64,000 nt of DNA from a phage, in sequence record PZ496581.1; one strand, written 5' to 3'. A program made the position numbers and the translations under genes. Shown piece by piece: positions 29,866 to 38,433 of the stretch; positions within the stretch are counted from its first letter, which is position 1; each line of letters starts with the position of its first letter. The notes beneath the pieces are model-generated. The model made no database searches and was not told where the DNA came from. It saw nothing but the letters and a program-made list of their open reading frames with translations.

Positions 29866-30852
29866 TTATTTATAGTAAGAATTATGATTTTCGAGATAGA
29901 CTTGCTCAAGGAAATCATCCCAGAAACTCATATCTACTTTTTGTTGCATACCGTTCTTAGCGGCTTGTTCTGACGCATGTTCAACTTGGTCAACGATATC
30001 TTCTAGGAATTCTTGTACAGTTTTAAACGTATGTTTACCAAGCTTAACATCGAGAATAAATGGAGCATCCTGAAGTGGGTAAACCAGGTCGCCGGTTTTG
30101 TAAATTTCCAATAATTGAAGTCCACCACGACATGCATGACTCAATGCTTTCCAGTCAATACCTTCGTTGGCTTCCGCCTTACGAGCACGTTCACCGTAGT
30201 TCTCTTCCAGTTTAACCAGGATGGCATTGAACTCTTTATTGGTTAACGTATCTTGGAATTTACGATCTAACAGATTATAGAATGTTTGCTTACCTGTTTT
30301 CTCGTTTTCGGTTTCAACCCACGAAGCAAATTCACCTACAGGCAGAACATTCTTCATATGTGATAAACGAATTACTGCACCGTTATCAAAGTATTGTCCC
30401 CATTCATTAGAACGTTTAAGGGCTTGACGAAGAACAGCCAGTCGAGAACCCTTGACGCCGTATTTAGAAGCTTGCTTACGGACATACCCTAAATAAGATT
30501 TCATGTTAGTGGTATAGAAACGAGACCTGTTATCTTGAATATACTTCCATACATCAGGCAAATCAGATTTAACTACTAGACTTTGTGGAGTGTGAAGCAT
30601 ATCTAATGCGACGGTTTCACCATCCGCGGCTAGTTTAAAGAAATATTTGAGACTATACAACTCATGGTCCACGTCGTCTTTTGTGTTCTTAGAAGATGTG
30701 TTATTCGTGTTCTTGCTCATGTGTTCTTTAACGTTACCGGTCAAGATATCACGAGCATGAGGGACATAAATTTCTTTAAAATCGACGTCAGATTCAGGAG
30801 TAGACGTTCCATAAAGGTGGCTACCAAAGTAAGCCTTAACAATAGTTTTCAT
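29866..30852 (-). CDS. Pol-beta-superfamily nucleotidyltransferase, 328 aa, unknown substrate
   Basis: GSHLYGTSTPESDVD (GS...DxD) with a third acidic residue in ALDMLH; C-terminal helical region. Confidence 0.65.
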   Translation of the reverse strand: MKTIVKAYFGSHLYGTSTPESDVDFKEIYVPHARDILTGNVKEHMSKNTNNTSSKNTKDDVDHELYSLKYFFKLAADGETVALDMLHTPQSLVVKSDLPDVWKYIQDNRSRFYTTNMKSYLGYVRKQASKYGVKGSRLAVLRQALKRSNEWGQYFDNGAVIRLSHMKNVLPVGEFASWVETENEKTGKQTFYNLLDRKFQDTLTNKEFNAILVKLEENYGERARKAEANEGIDWKALSHACRGGLQLLEIYKTGDLVYPLQDAPFILDVKLGKHTFKTVQEFLEDIVDQVEHASEQAAKNGMQQKVDMSFWDDFLEQVYLENHNSYYK

Positions 30853-31618
30853 TATTCACTTTCCTTTCATAATCTTCAATGAACTGTAATATTAAGCGTT
30901 GGTAATTTGATTTAGGATAACCCATTTTACTAATATGGGTTCCGAAAGCCCCACGCTTAGGTCGATTCAATTTAATCCAAAGTTCGTAAAGCATATCATA
31001 ATCTTCCCAGTGTTTACCAGTTCGTTGTCTAGCTTTAGACGCTTCAGACTGTCTCTTTTTAGTTTCTGGATTATCTAGGGCCTTTTTAACAGCTCTTGAA
31101 TGCCGTTCTTTAACATCATCTCTCTTAAAGGCCTCTTTGATAGCAGTAGATATTTTTGCTTTAACTTCAGGTCTATTCTGTGCCTCTATTTGAGAATCTG
31201 ACATTTTAGCCTTTATCTCAGGGAGGCTCATGGTCGCTGAACGCTTATCACGATATTCTTGTGATTCCCATATATCTTTCATTCTATTAGAGTGAATTTC
31301 TGAAAACTTTTCCCTTACGTCTTTATAGCCTCTTGAGGTTAATTTAAGATTTCGTCCTAAAGCATCTTCGCCTAAATTATAGAACGCCCAGTAAGCGTAA
31401 ATCAATCCGTCGGAGTTTGGGTGAATTTTTGATAATAACCAATGAGCGATAAAATGTTCCCTGGCAGTCAATAAAACTTTATTACTCGGGTCATCACTCC
31501 CTCCAATACATGAAGGGATTATGTGATGGGATTCAGTATAATAATTCAACTCAGACTTATCACTGCCTCTAAGTTTTCCTCGTTGAATTATTGCATCATA
31601 ACATTTGATATAATTCAT
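30836..31618 (-). CDS. HNH homing endonuclease (MobD-like) with NUMOD-type repeats, 260 aa
   Basis: ESHHIIPSCIGGSDDPSNKVLLTAREHFIAHW HNH motif; repeated basic helix motifs in C-terminal half. Confidence 0.75.
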   Translation of the reverse strand: MNYIKCYDAIIQRGKLRGSDKSELNYYTESHHIIPSCIGGSDDPSNKVLLTAREHFIAHWLLSKIHPNSDGLIYAYWAFYNLGEDALGRNLKLTSRGYKDVREKFSEIHSNRMKDIWESQEYRDKRSATMSLPEIKAKMSDSQIEAQNRPEVKAKISTAIKEAFKRDDVKERHSRAVKKALDNPETKKRQSEASKARQRTGKHWEDYDMLYELWIKLNRPKRGAFGTHISKMGYPKSNYQRLILQFIEDYERKVNNENYC

Positions 31619-32091
31619 TTGCCTGACTTGTATTCAAGAGTAGGACACACTTTAGCTTTACGAGCTTTTAAAAATTCAACGATAATCGATTTCTTGGGTT
31701 GAATAGGCGCAAGTCCATTTTTAATTCGTTCTTGGTTTTGTGCAATGAGCTCAATTTCTTTATAATATTTTCTGTCGTTATATTTGTCTAACAACCAAGA
31801 CGGACCAATTACCAACCCGGTAGCAATAAAAGCCATGACTGCTACAATTAAAATGCCTACACCAATTGAGGCTGGAACTAATGTCCATAGACTGCTAAAA
31901 ACAAAGAATTTAGTTAAAATTTCCTGGCCAATGATTGTGACTGCTGCTAAAATCGCAAATCCAATAATTGAAGCAGCCAATACCGGGATTAGCGTTTTCC
32001 AAAAATAAGCACACAACGTTTTCGGACGATTCCATGTACTATTAAACGCGGCATAAATTTTAAAGTGCCAAGAGTTTTCATTGATAATCAT
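31615..32091 (-). CDS. membrane protein, 158 aa
   Basis: Several hydrophobic helices. Confidence 0.5.
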   Translation of the reverse strand: MIINENSWHFKIYAAFNSTWNRPKTLCAYFWKTLIPVLAASIIGFAILAAVTIIGQEILTKFFVFSSLWTLVPASIGVGILIVAVMAFIATGLVIGPSWLLDKYNDRKYYKEIELIAQNQERIKNGLAPIQPKKSIIVEFLKARKAKVCPTLEYKSGK

Positions 32092-32100
32092 AATAATTCC

Positions 32101-32631
32101 TTATTTCAAAGTTGGGATAATAGAATCGAGATAAGCTTTAAGAGCAACTGCCTCATCTTTGTCTAATGTAATGATATGTTGACGAAGGTCATCAATTTGG
32201 CGAATAACTACGACATCACCATCTTCATAAGAAGGATTAACGCCTAGGACTGTTGTATAGTCAGGGCGGTCCTGATTTGTAATAAAAGCATTACGGCATT
32301 TAGCCCATTGAAGTTTGGCCTTTTTGGCTGTTTCAGATTCCATTAATTCTTTCACCTTAGTGACGAATGTTTTCCAATTATTAATAGAAAAACATTCGTC
32401 TTCAGTTTCGATATTGGCCGCGTTGTAAAGACCAGGATAAAAACGAACTTGGAGGTCTTCACCAATGTTAATTACCTCTCGACGACGTCCAGACGGATTG
32501 AGTTTCAAAATCTTGTCCAGTTCCATAGGAAGAATAGCAGCATCATCTTCTTGTGTCAGAACATACACATAACCACGTTTTTCGATACATAAATCACCGA
32601 ACAACTCGGTTGTTTCAATTACAGTTTTCAT
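32101..32631 (-). CDS. hypothetical protein, about 176 aa
   Basis: Trimmed to ATG 32631. Confidence 0.5.
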   Translation of the reverse strand: MKTVIETTELFGDLCIEKRGYVYVLTQEDDAAILPMELDKILKLNPSGRRREVINIGEDLQVRFYPGLYNAANIETEDECFSINNWKTFVTKVKELMESETAKKAKLQWAKCRNAFITNQDRPDYTTVLGVNPSYEDGDVVVIRQIDDLRQHIITLDKDEAVALKAYLDSIIPTLK

Positions 32632-32632
32632 A

Positions 32633-32812
32633 TTATTCACCAATTAAAGTTTCAACAAAATTCACCAAAGCATTCTGGCAAGCGTCAACCTGATTTTCAT
32701 AAAAATCTCCGTTATCATTTACCGCATGATAAGCTACATCATTCAAATCTGAATCAGCTTCACGTAAGTCACGGATAAGGTCCATCAATTTATTAGCTTG
32801 TTCACGGGTCAT
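32633..32812 (-). CDS. small hypothetical protein, about 59 aa (below ORF-track cutoff)
   Basis: Own translation MTREQANKLMDLIRDLREADSDLN...; stop overlaps next start (TAAtATG). Confidence 0.35.
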   Translation of the reverse strand: MTREQANKLMDLIRDLREADSDLNDVAYHAVNDNGDFYENQVDACQNALVNFVETLIGE

Positions 32813-32947
32813 TTTACCATACTCGTTTCAATAAGATTCACTATGCCGTTTACCATGTTATAAGTAAACATCGGATAATTGTATTGTACTACAACATAAG
32901 CGATAAGCAAAAGTTTCATTTTGTTCTCCGTTTGTTTTGATAGGACT

Positions 32948-32977
32948 ACTATAACATAGTCCTACCAAGATGTAAAC
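32948..32977 (-). promoter_or_regulatory. early-type promoter with TAGGACTA/TAGTCCTA inverted repeat around the -10
   Basis: Minus strand GTTTACatcttggtaggactaTGTTATAGTagtccta. Confidence 0.5.
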
Positions 32978-33210
32978 TACCGATTGTGTTTTAAATGTTG
33001 ATAAAGTTCTTCAACTTGTTTAGGGTCCAAAACAATTAAGTCATTTTCTTGACGAAGATAAATCCATCCCTTATCCCCAGGGCCATTTTTACAAAACATC
33101 ACCACCATATCATCATCTTCAGCGCTTTCAGGTAAAAGTTCAAGTACACCGTCTTCAGATTTTCCAGTATAATCGTAAAGCATAATATCCTCACATAATC
33201 TCGTTAACAT
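32977..33210 (-). CDS. hypothetical protein, 77 aa
   Basis: ORF track. Confidence 0.45.
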   Translation of the reverse strand: MLTRLCEDIMLYDYTGKSEDGVLELLPESAEDDDMVVMFCKNGPGDKGWIYLRQENDLIVLDPKQVEELYQHLKHNR

Positions 33211-33369
33211 ACATTTGCAATTCGGTGTGGGCTTCGGCCATCTTTTTCATAGCTCTGTTAATGTCGATGTCTCCATCTTCGCAACCATGAGCATTTTCCC
33301 AATCAGATACCGCATTAGCGTACTCTTCAATCAAAAACATTAACTTAGAAATTTTTTCTTTACGTGACA
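33191..33369 (-). CDS. hypothetical protein, about 59 aa
   Basis: Trimmed to ATG 33369 downstream of promoter. Confidence 0.4.
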
Positions 33370-33396
33370 TAACGTTCTCCTCTAGTAAGTAAGGAC

Positions 33397-33426
33397 TACT
33401 ATAACACAACCTGAGGAGAAGTAAAC
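33397..33426 (-). promoter_or_regulatory. early-type promoter; spacer TTCTCCTC complementary to downstream SD GAGGAGAA
   Basis: Minus strand GTTTACttctcctcaggttgTGTTATAGT. Confidence 0.5.
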
Positions 33427-33435
33427 TGATAGATG

Positions 33436-33464
33436 CCAAAAAGCCCCAACCTTTCGGAAGGGGC
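33436..33464 (-). terminator. rho-independent terminator (GCCCC...GGGGC plus U-tract)
   Basis: 29-nt sequence identical to 43941-43969. Confidence 0.65.
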
Positions 33465-33471
33465 TAGTAAA

Positions 33472-33774
33472 TTAGATAGATGTAGGCTCTAATTTTATTT
33501 TCATGAACTCGGCAAATTGTCTGGCAGTTTTTATGCCTTGTTCATGACATTCAAATGCATCATCACAGGGGCTATTTTTGTAATGCTTTGCCATATACTT
33601 ATAGAATTTTTCAGAATTCTCGACATTTTGAATTTCAAACAAAGTATATACGTTTTTAATCCCTGATTCCATAAAGTTACCAAAATATGGGTCGATATAT
33701 GCAGTACCAACGATAGGAGTTGTTGCTGCAAAAAACCCCAGCATCGCCATGACAGCTATCGCTCTTAAGGACAT
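33472..33774 (-). CDS. small exported protein, 100 aa
   Basis: Signal-peptide-like N-terminus [23 protein letters not shown]. Confidence 0.5.
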   Translation of the reverse strand: MSLRAIAVMAMLGFFAATTPIVGTAYIDPYFGNFMESGIKNVYTLFEIQNVENSEKFYKYMAKHYKNSPCDDAFECHEQGIKTARQFAEFMKIKLEPTSI

Positions 33775-33998
33775 ATAGGCCTCCTGTTAATTTTGGCCAG
33801 TATTATTTTTCGCCTTTGGACGGCCTTAACATCTGCGAGGTATTTTTCCAGCTTGCGCTTGCGTGTATAATCAGCTTTAGAACCAGTTTGACGGATATCC
33901 TCGTTTAAATGAGAAATAGAATGTCCTAATTCTCTTCGGATTTCATCCAATTGGGTTACAGTAAGATTACGAAGTTGTCTTTCGTTTAATTGCTGCAT
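33765..33998 (-). CDS. hypothetical protein, 77 aa
   Basis: ORF track. Confidence 0.45.
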   Translation of the reverse strand: MQQLNERQLRNLTVTQLDEIRRELGHSISHLNEDIRQTGSKADYTRKRKLEKYLADVKAVQRRKIILAKINRRPICP

Positions 33999-34025
33999 AT
34001 ATACCTCTTGGTTAGATATTAGTAT

Positions 34026-34607
34026 TTATAACAACCCTGTCAAATCGTTCCAATGCTTCCGGCATAATGACACATATCTATCGGTATCACCAATTTCAAT
34101 TTGACTGCCATCTGTAATTGGAAGTCCGTCTTCCGTGACTCTAGCTACCATTGTGGCCTTTTTACCACAATGACAGACACCTTTAAGTTCAACAAGCTTA
34201 TCGGCAATAGCCATTAATGCTTGAGAACCTTCAAATAGATTACCTTTAAAATCTGTTCGTAGTCCATATGCCATTACCGGCACATTGTATACGTCAACAA
34301 TACGACTAAGTTGATACACCTTTTCAGTAGTTAAGAACTGAGCTTCGTCAACAAATACACAGTGAATATCCTTTTGTGCTGCAGCCCATTTATAGAATTC
34401 AAAGATATCCATGTCTTTTGTAATTATATTGGCATCCTGACGAATACCAATACGAGAGACTATTTCACCTTTTGAATCGCGAGTATCAATAGCCGGTTTA
34501 AGAACTAATACACCCATGCCACGTTCTTTATAGTTATGTGCGGCAGTAAGTAATGAAGCAGACTTACCAGCGTTAATAGCGGCATAGGTAAAAATTAAAC
34601 TAGCCAT
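34026..34607 (-). CDS. tk: thymidine kinase, 193 aa
   Basis: P-loop AINAGKS, VDEAQF, C-terminal Zn motif CHCG...CRKH. Confidence 0.92.
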   Translation of the reverse strand: MASLIFTYAAINAGKSASLLTAAHNYKERGMGVLVLKPAIDTRDSKGEIVSRIGIRQDANIITKDMDIFEFYKWAAAQKDIHCVFVDEAQFLTTEKVYQLSRIVDVYNVPVMAYGLRTDFKGNLFEGSQALMAIADKLVELKGVCHCGKKATMVARVTEDGLPITDGSQIEIGDTDRYVSLCRKHWNDLTGLL

Positions 34608-34616
34608 AAGAGTCCC

Positions 34617-34799
34617 TTATAGTGAATTCACGTAGTCAATGAGTTCTTGTTCTTTCCTGTCAAATGATTCCAACAATGCTTGATATCCTTCGTCCGTCAA
34701 AGGAGCATATTCATCATACGCATTGGTGGCTGCTTGCTCATCCAATAGGTCATGGATAAGTTCGAACAGTTTAGTTTTCTCTTCTTTAGTCAATTTCAT
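34617..34799 (-). CDS. hypothetical protein, 60 aa
   Basis: ORF track. Confidence 0.4.
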   Translation of the reverse strand: MKLTKEEKTKLFELIHDLLDEQAATNAYDEYAPLTDEGYQALLESFDRKEQELIDYVNSL

Positions 34800-35023
34800 T
34801 TAGGTTCACCTTCTTTAACGAAATCTGGGTAAGGGTAAAATCCTGAGTAAAACCCTTCACCTTTATGATTGCTACAACCTTTGTTCGAACAGTAACACCA
34901 ATAATCAAAATCACAAGCCATTTCGTCATTGCATAAAGCAAAAACTACAGGCCATTCGCATTTTTCGCATTTAGCACCTGTAAGAATTTTTGTTTGACTC
35001 ATAGCCATGTCACCTTTAAGCAA
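34796..35023 (-). CDS. Cys-rich small protein, 75 aa
   Basis: ORF track. Confidence 0.45.
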   Translation of the reverse strand: MLKGDMAMSQTKILTGAKCEKCEWPVVFALCNDEMACDFDYWCYCSNKGCSNHKGEGFYSGFYPYPDFVKEGEPK

Positions 35024-35226
35024 TATTCTTCTACATGTTGTTTACGGCCTTTCTTATCAATAAAGGTATATTCAACGAATGTTCCGATGTAGTCTTTATC
35101 TACATCATGTGGACTATTAATTGGACATTTGGTACGACAAATGCGTTCCCATTGACGAATAATTACTGCCTTATTCTTTGGGTCATATGGATGTGGATAA
35201 TGTATATTCATAATAACGGTTCCCAA
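34999..35226 (-). CDS. hypothetical protein, 75 aa
   Basis: ORF track. Confidence 0.45.
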   Translation of the reverse strand: MGTVIMNIHYPHPYDPKNKAVIIRQWERICRTKCPINSPHDVDKDYIGTFVEYTFIDKKGRKQHVEEYCLKVTWL

Positions 35227-35705
35227 TCAACAATCACAATTTCTAGTTTAGTGGAATACGTATCTAAAATCTCTTCGATGACATCCCAGTTTCCACCACC
35301 AATACCTGCACCAATTCTTGGCATATAAATTACAGGCTTTGTTATCTTATTCTTTCCGAATTCATTTAATTCTATTATACAATTCATTAAAGCAGAGTAC
35401 TCAAAATTAGGTCCAGGCTCAAACTGTGTATAAAGATTAAAGCAATAAGCTTTATGGGTCTTAAAATATTTTTCATAAACCGAATAAGTCCCGAGTTTAG
35501 ACTCGTCTCCGAATTCTGTTTGAAGTTTATCGGCTTCCAGAATTTTTGGATAAGCCTTTGCTAATTGTCCTGCCACACCAGCGCCCATTGTATGAAAACA
35601 ATTACATCCATGAGCAATATTATTACCTTTAGAAAACAGGGCGACAATATCGCCCTTGATATAGTTTTTAATCACTTGCTGCAAGTCCTCTAGTATAAGA
35701 GTCAA
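35208..35705 (-). CDS. macro-domain protein (ADP-ribose binding/hydrolase candidate), 165 aa
   Basis: AHGCNCFHTMGAGVAGQ and PRIGAGIGGGNW resemble the two macro-domain glycine-rich loops. Confidence 0.6.
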   Translation of the reverse strand: MTLILEDLQQVIKNYIKGDIVALFSKGNNIAHGCNCFHTMGAGVAGQLAKAYPKILEADKLQTEFGDESKLGTYSVYEKYFKTHKAYCFNLYTQFEPGPNFEYSALMNCIIELNEFGKNKITKPVIYMPRIGAGIGGGNWDVIEEILDTYSTKLEIVIVDWEPLL

Positions 35706-36015
35706 CTAGACGGTCCACCATAGAATTGCATGCTGCCTTATCTTTAGGTTCCGCCACCGAGCATTCTAATATTTGCCATTTTTTATAGTATCTTTTAATT
35801 AAGGTAGACGCCTTGAACCTACTAGACGCCCCATCTTTTTCTCCGTCTTTATACGCATATAACAATTTTTGTGAAAAATCTACTTTACACTCTTGACTTT
35901 TACCACAGTAATCAGACGCCGTTCTGTTTGTATACTCCGTTACATCAGTATATGTAGTATTAGCAAGAGCGTTAAATGAAACCAAGCCAACTATTAAAGC
36001 CAACATTTTGGTCAT
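35668..36015 (-). CDS. exported Cys-containing protein, 115 aa
   Basis: Signal-peptide-like MTKMLALIVGLVSFNALA; 4 Cys in mature part. Confidence 0.5.
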   Translation of the reverse strand: MTKMLALIVGLVSFNALANTTYTDVTEYTNRTASDYCGKSQECKVDFSQKLLYAYKDGEKDGASSRFKASTLIKRYYKKWQILECSVAEPKDKAACNSMVDRLVDSYTRGLAASD

Positions 36016-36554
36016 TCTTTTATTTCCAGTAGTTTATTTGATTTAAGGTAATTAGCCTTTTCTAGGACTTCAGAAGCATATTTACTTCCAGCACTTGTCT
36101 TCCATCCCGCATTATATGAGGATATAGCTTTTCTTATATCCCCATTATGTATATTTAACCAATAAGAAAATTCGATATAAGCCCATCTGGCTGAATTAGA
36201 CCGCTTAGATAGCATTTTCTTAATTTGGGCATCAGTCATATTATAACCAAGCTGGTTAATTCTTGCCCTCATTGTTGGTAGATAGTTTTGGAACATTCCA
36301 TACGCATGGTGACCTTTCTTATCTTTAAGATTAATACCGGCAGATGATTCTTGCCATAGTATTGCGGCCATTATGTATCCAAGTCCTTTCTTATGCATAT
36401 TTTCATGCGTTTTAAATTTTCCGTCCTTAGAAAACTGTTCCCCAAACTGATAAGCATAATTCAAGTTATCGAGTTGGACATTACTAAAAGTATGCTCGGA
36501 GCTATGTGCTGATAATGAAAGAGCAAATAGACCAGCGAGTAGTGCTTTTCTCAT
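36012..36554 (-). CDS. periplasmic lytic-transglycosylase-like (SLT-domain) protein, 180 aa
   Basis: Signal peptide MRKALLAGLFALSLSAHS; WQESS and YGMFQ motifs. Confidence 0.55.
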   Translation of the reverse strand: MRKALLAGLFALSLSAHSSEHTFSNVQLDNLNYAYQFGEQFSKDGKFKTHENMHKKGLGYIMAAILWQESSAGINLKDKKGHHAYGMFQNYLPTMRARINQLGYNMTDAQIKKMLSKRSNSARWAYIEFSYWLNIHNGDIRKAISSYNAGWKTSAGSKYASEVLEKANYLKSNKLLEIKE

Positions 36555-36562
36555 GTTTACCT

Positions 36563-37021
36563 CTAGATTTTAATCACTGCTTTAGAAGCTTTTCCCGGTA
36601 GTCGTTTACTGTTAATAATAGCCATTCTACATTGAAGAGTCTTCATTTTGAATGCCGGATTTTCGCGACAAACTGTAAGTCCTAACCAAAGATTTCCATC
36701 AGTTATTTCTAAACGGCCTGGGCGATATTCGACACCTTCGACAAAATCTTCATCAACATCTGGACGTGCCGGCATTGATAAAAATTCTGCAACTTCTTTA
36801 ACATGATTTTTTACTTTACGAAATAATTCAAAAACGTAATTCTCATCTATTTCTCTCTGGATGGCACGATCTAAGAGATGTTGAGAATACTTGATATGAA
36901 AGCCTGGTAGTCCAAGAGACTTTGCAGCATCTTTTATACTGGCATTTATTTTGCGGAACTCCGTTTCAAAGATTCGACGGAGTTTATTACGGCGGATAAA
37001 AACGTCTGAATTGATAGTCAT
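36563..37021 (-). CDS. regB: endoribonuclease RegB
   Basis: MTINSDVFIRRNKLRR...YSQHLLDRAIQREIDE...GRLEITDGNLWLG matches T4 RegB as recalled. Confidence 0.9.
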   Translation of the reverse strand: MTINSDVFIRRNKLRRIFETEFRKINASIKDAAKSLGLPGFHIKYSQHLLDRAIQREIDENYVFELFRKVKNHVKEVAEFLSMPARPDVDEDFVEGVEYRPGRLEITDGNLWLGLTVCRENPAFKMKTLQCRMAIINSKRLPGKASKAVIKI

Positions 37022-37049
37022 TTTGATTTCTCCTCTAGTTGACAGATCT

Positions 37050-37078
37050 ATAGTAACACAACTAGAGGAGAAGTAAAC
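37050..37078 (-). promoter_or_regulatory. early-type promoter of regB; spacer is a 14-nt inverted repeat of the regB RBS region
   Basis: Minus strand GTTTACttctcctctagttgTGTTACTATagatctgtcaactagaggagaaatcaaaATG. Confidence 0.55.
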
Positions 37079-37297
37079 TACTTTATTGATAAAATGGAGT
37101 TAAAGCCCAAGATTCTTTAGATACCATATTGGCGAAATGCCTCATCTCTTCGATTTGGCGACGACGCTGGTCAGCATAGTCTTCTTCGCCTTCTTCCTTA
37201 CAATCTTAAAGGTCTTCTTCAAGATACTTTAAGTATTCACTACAAATTTTGTTGACCTTTTCTTGGAAGTCCAATAACCCAGTAATAGTAGAAGCCA

Positions 37298-37543
37298 TTA
37301 GTATTTTTCCTCAGGCTGAAATACTGCGCGGCAAGCCCACATACTAGCTTCCTTTAGACGCTCTTTAGCACAGTTAAGTTGGGACAAAGCCGTCAGAGCT
37401 TCAGGAGTATTTGCTGATAATGCTTCTTCTGCCAGGGCGTCCAGAATAAGTCCTAAACGAACTTCAGCATCTTTGATAGCATTCACTTTGCCGATTTTGT
37501 CATCGGTGTGTGGTTTGTAACCTTTAATATCTTCAATCGACAT
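37298..37543 (-). CDS. hypothetical protein, about 81 aa
   Basis: Trimmed to internal Met MSIEDIKG. Confidence 0.4.
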   Translation of the reverse strand: MSIEDIKGYKPHTDDKIGKVNAIKDAEVRLGLILDALAEEALSANTPEALTALSQLNCAKERLKEASMWACRAVFQPEEKY

Positions 37544-37757
37544 AAGGAATTTCCTCATCGGTGGCAAGGTCATATTCGACCAATTGGATAGGCTCATTAA
37601 TACCATATCCACGTACAGTGATATCAGTTGTCGGATAGTTTCCAGTAATATCACCCATTCTAAATGATTCAATGAATGATTGCTCGCCTGAGCAACTAAA
37701 CCAGGCGGCAAAACATTTTAAAACATCTTCAGACCCTTCTATAATCAATTTAGCCAT
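37533..37757 (-). CDS. hypothetical protein, 74 aa
   Basis: ATG at 37757. Confidence 0.45.
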   Translation of the reverse strand: MAKLIIEGSEDVLKCFAAWFSCSGEQSFIESFRMGDITGNYPTTDITVRGYGINEPIQLVEYDLATDEEIPYVD

Positions 37758-38120
37758 TATAGACTCTCAGTAAAGGTACGAGCGATAACGTCGCGCTGCT
37801 GTTCTGGAGTCAGAGAGTTAAAGCGAACTGCATAACCGGATACACGGATGGTCAGCTGCGGATATTTTTCCGGATGCTTAACTGCATCTTCCAGAGTTTC
37901 GCGACGCAGAACGTTAACGTTCAGGTGTTGACCACCTTCAATTTTAACTTTAGGTTGATGTTCAATTTCAATTTCACGGGCATGCAAACCGTAGAAAATT
38001 TCCGGGTCTACAATAGCGTCCTTCTTTAAAAGTCTTAGAGACAATAATCCGGGCTTGAGTACCGTCTTCAAAATAAATAGTGCCTTTATGTGCACCTTCA
38101 AGAATTTGATATGCTTTCAT
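37757..38120 (-). CDS. GrcA/YfiD-like autonomous glycyl-radical cofactor, interrupted by an apparent +1 frameshift near 38020
   Basis: ATG 38120 with GAGG SD opens a 42-codon frame; GrcA-like C-terminus ([14 protein letters not shown]...[12 protein letters not shown]) continues in the +1 frame. Confidence 0.55.
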
Positions 38121-38126
38121 ATAACC

Positions 38127-38408
38127 TCAATTAGAAAATAAATTTATCCAAGATTTTTCTTTAATCAAAAATGGGTCGGAATTAAACGCCATTAAACTTT
38201 GAGTGATTAATCCCTTAAATGGCCCATCAATAAATTCCATTTTGAAATGCGGAATACTAGTCATCAACCGTGCATTAGGAGCAGTACAAAGAACCTGCTG
38301 CCCTGCGAACGGGCCTTTAGTCAAACGGTATCGTTTAGGTTTAAAATGGTAAATCTCGTAATTTTCTACAAGGGCCCTTTTATTGCATACTGGGCTGTTA
38401 TAACACAA
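38127..38408 (-). CDS. hypothetical protein, 93 aa (TTG start in ORF track)
   Basis: ORF track. Confidence 0.4.
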   Translation of the reverse strand: MCYNSPVCNKRALVENYEIYHFKPKRYRLTKGPFAGQQVLCTAPNARLMTSIPHFKMEFIDGPFKGLITQSLMAFNSDPFLIKEKSWINLFSN

Positions 38409-38433
38409 TATTCAAAAACTTCAATAGTGGTCA

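Noticed and set aside
37298-37711. Full-length 137-aa ORF
   Set aside because: Its N-terminal half overlaps the 74-aa gene in another frame; trimmed to the internal ATG at 37543
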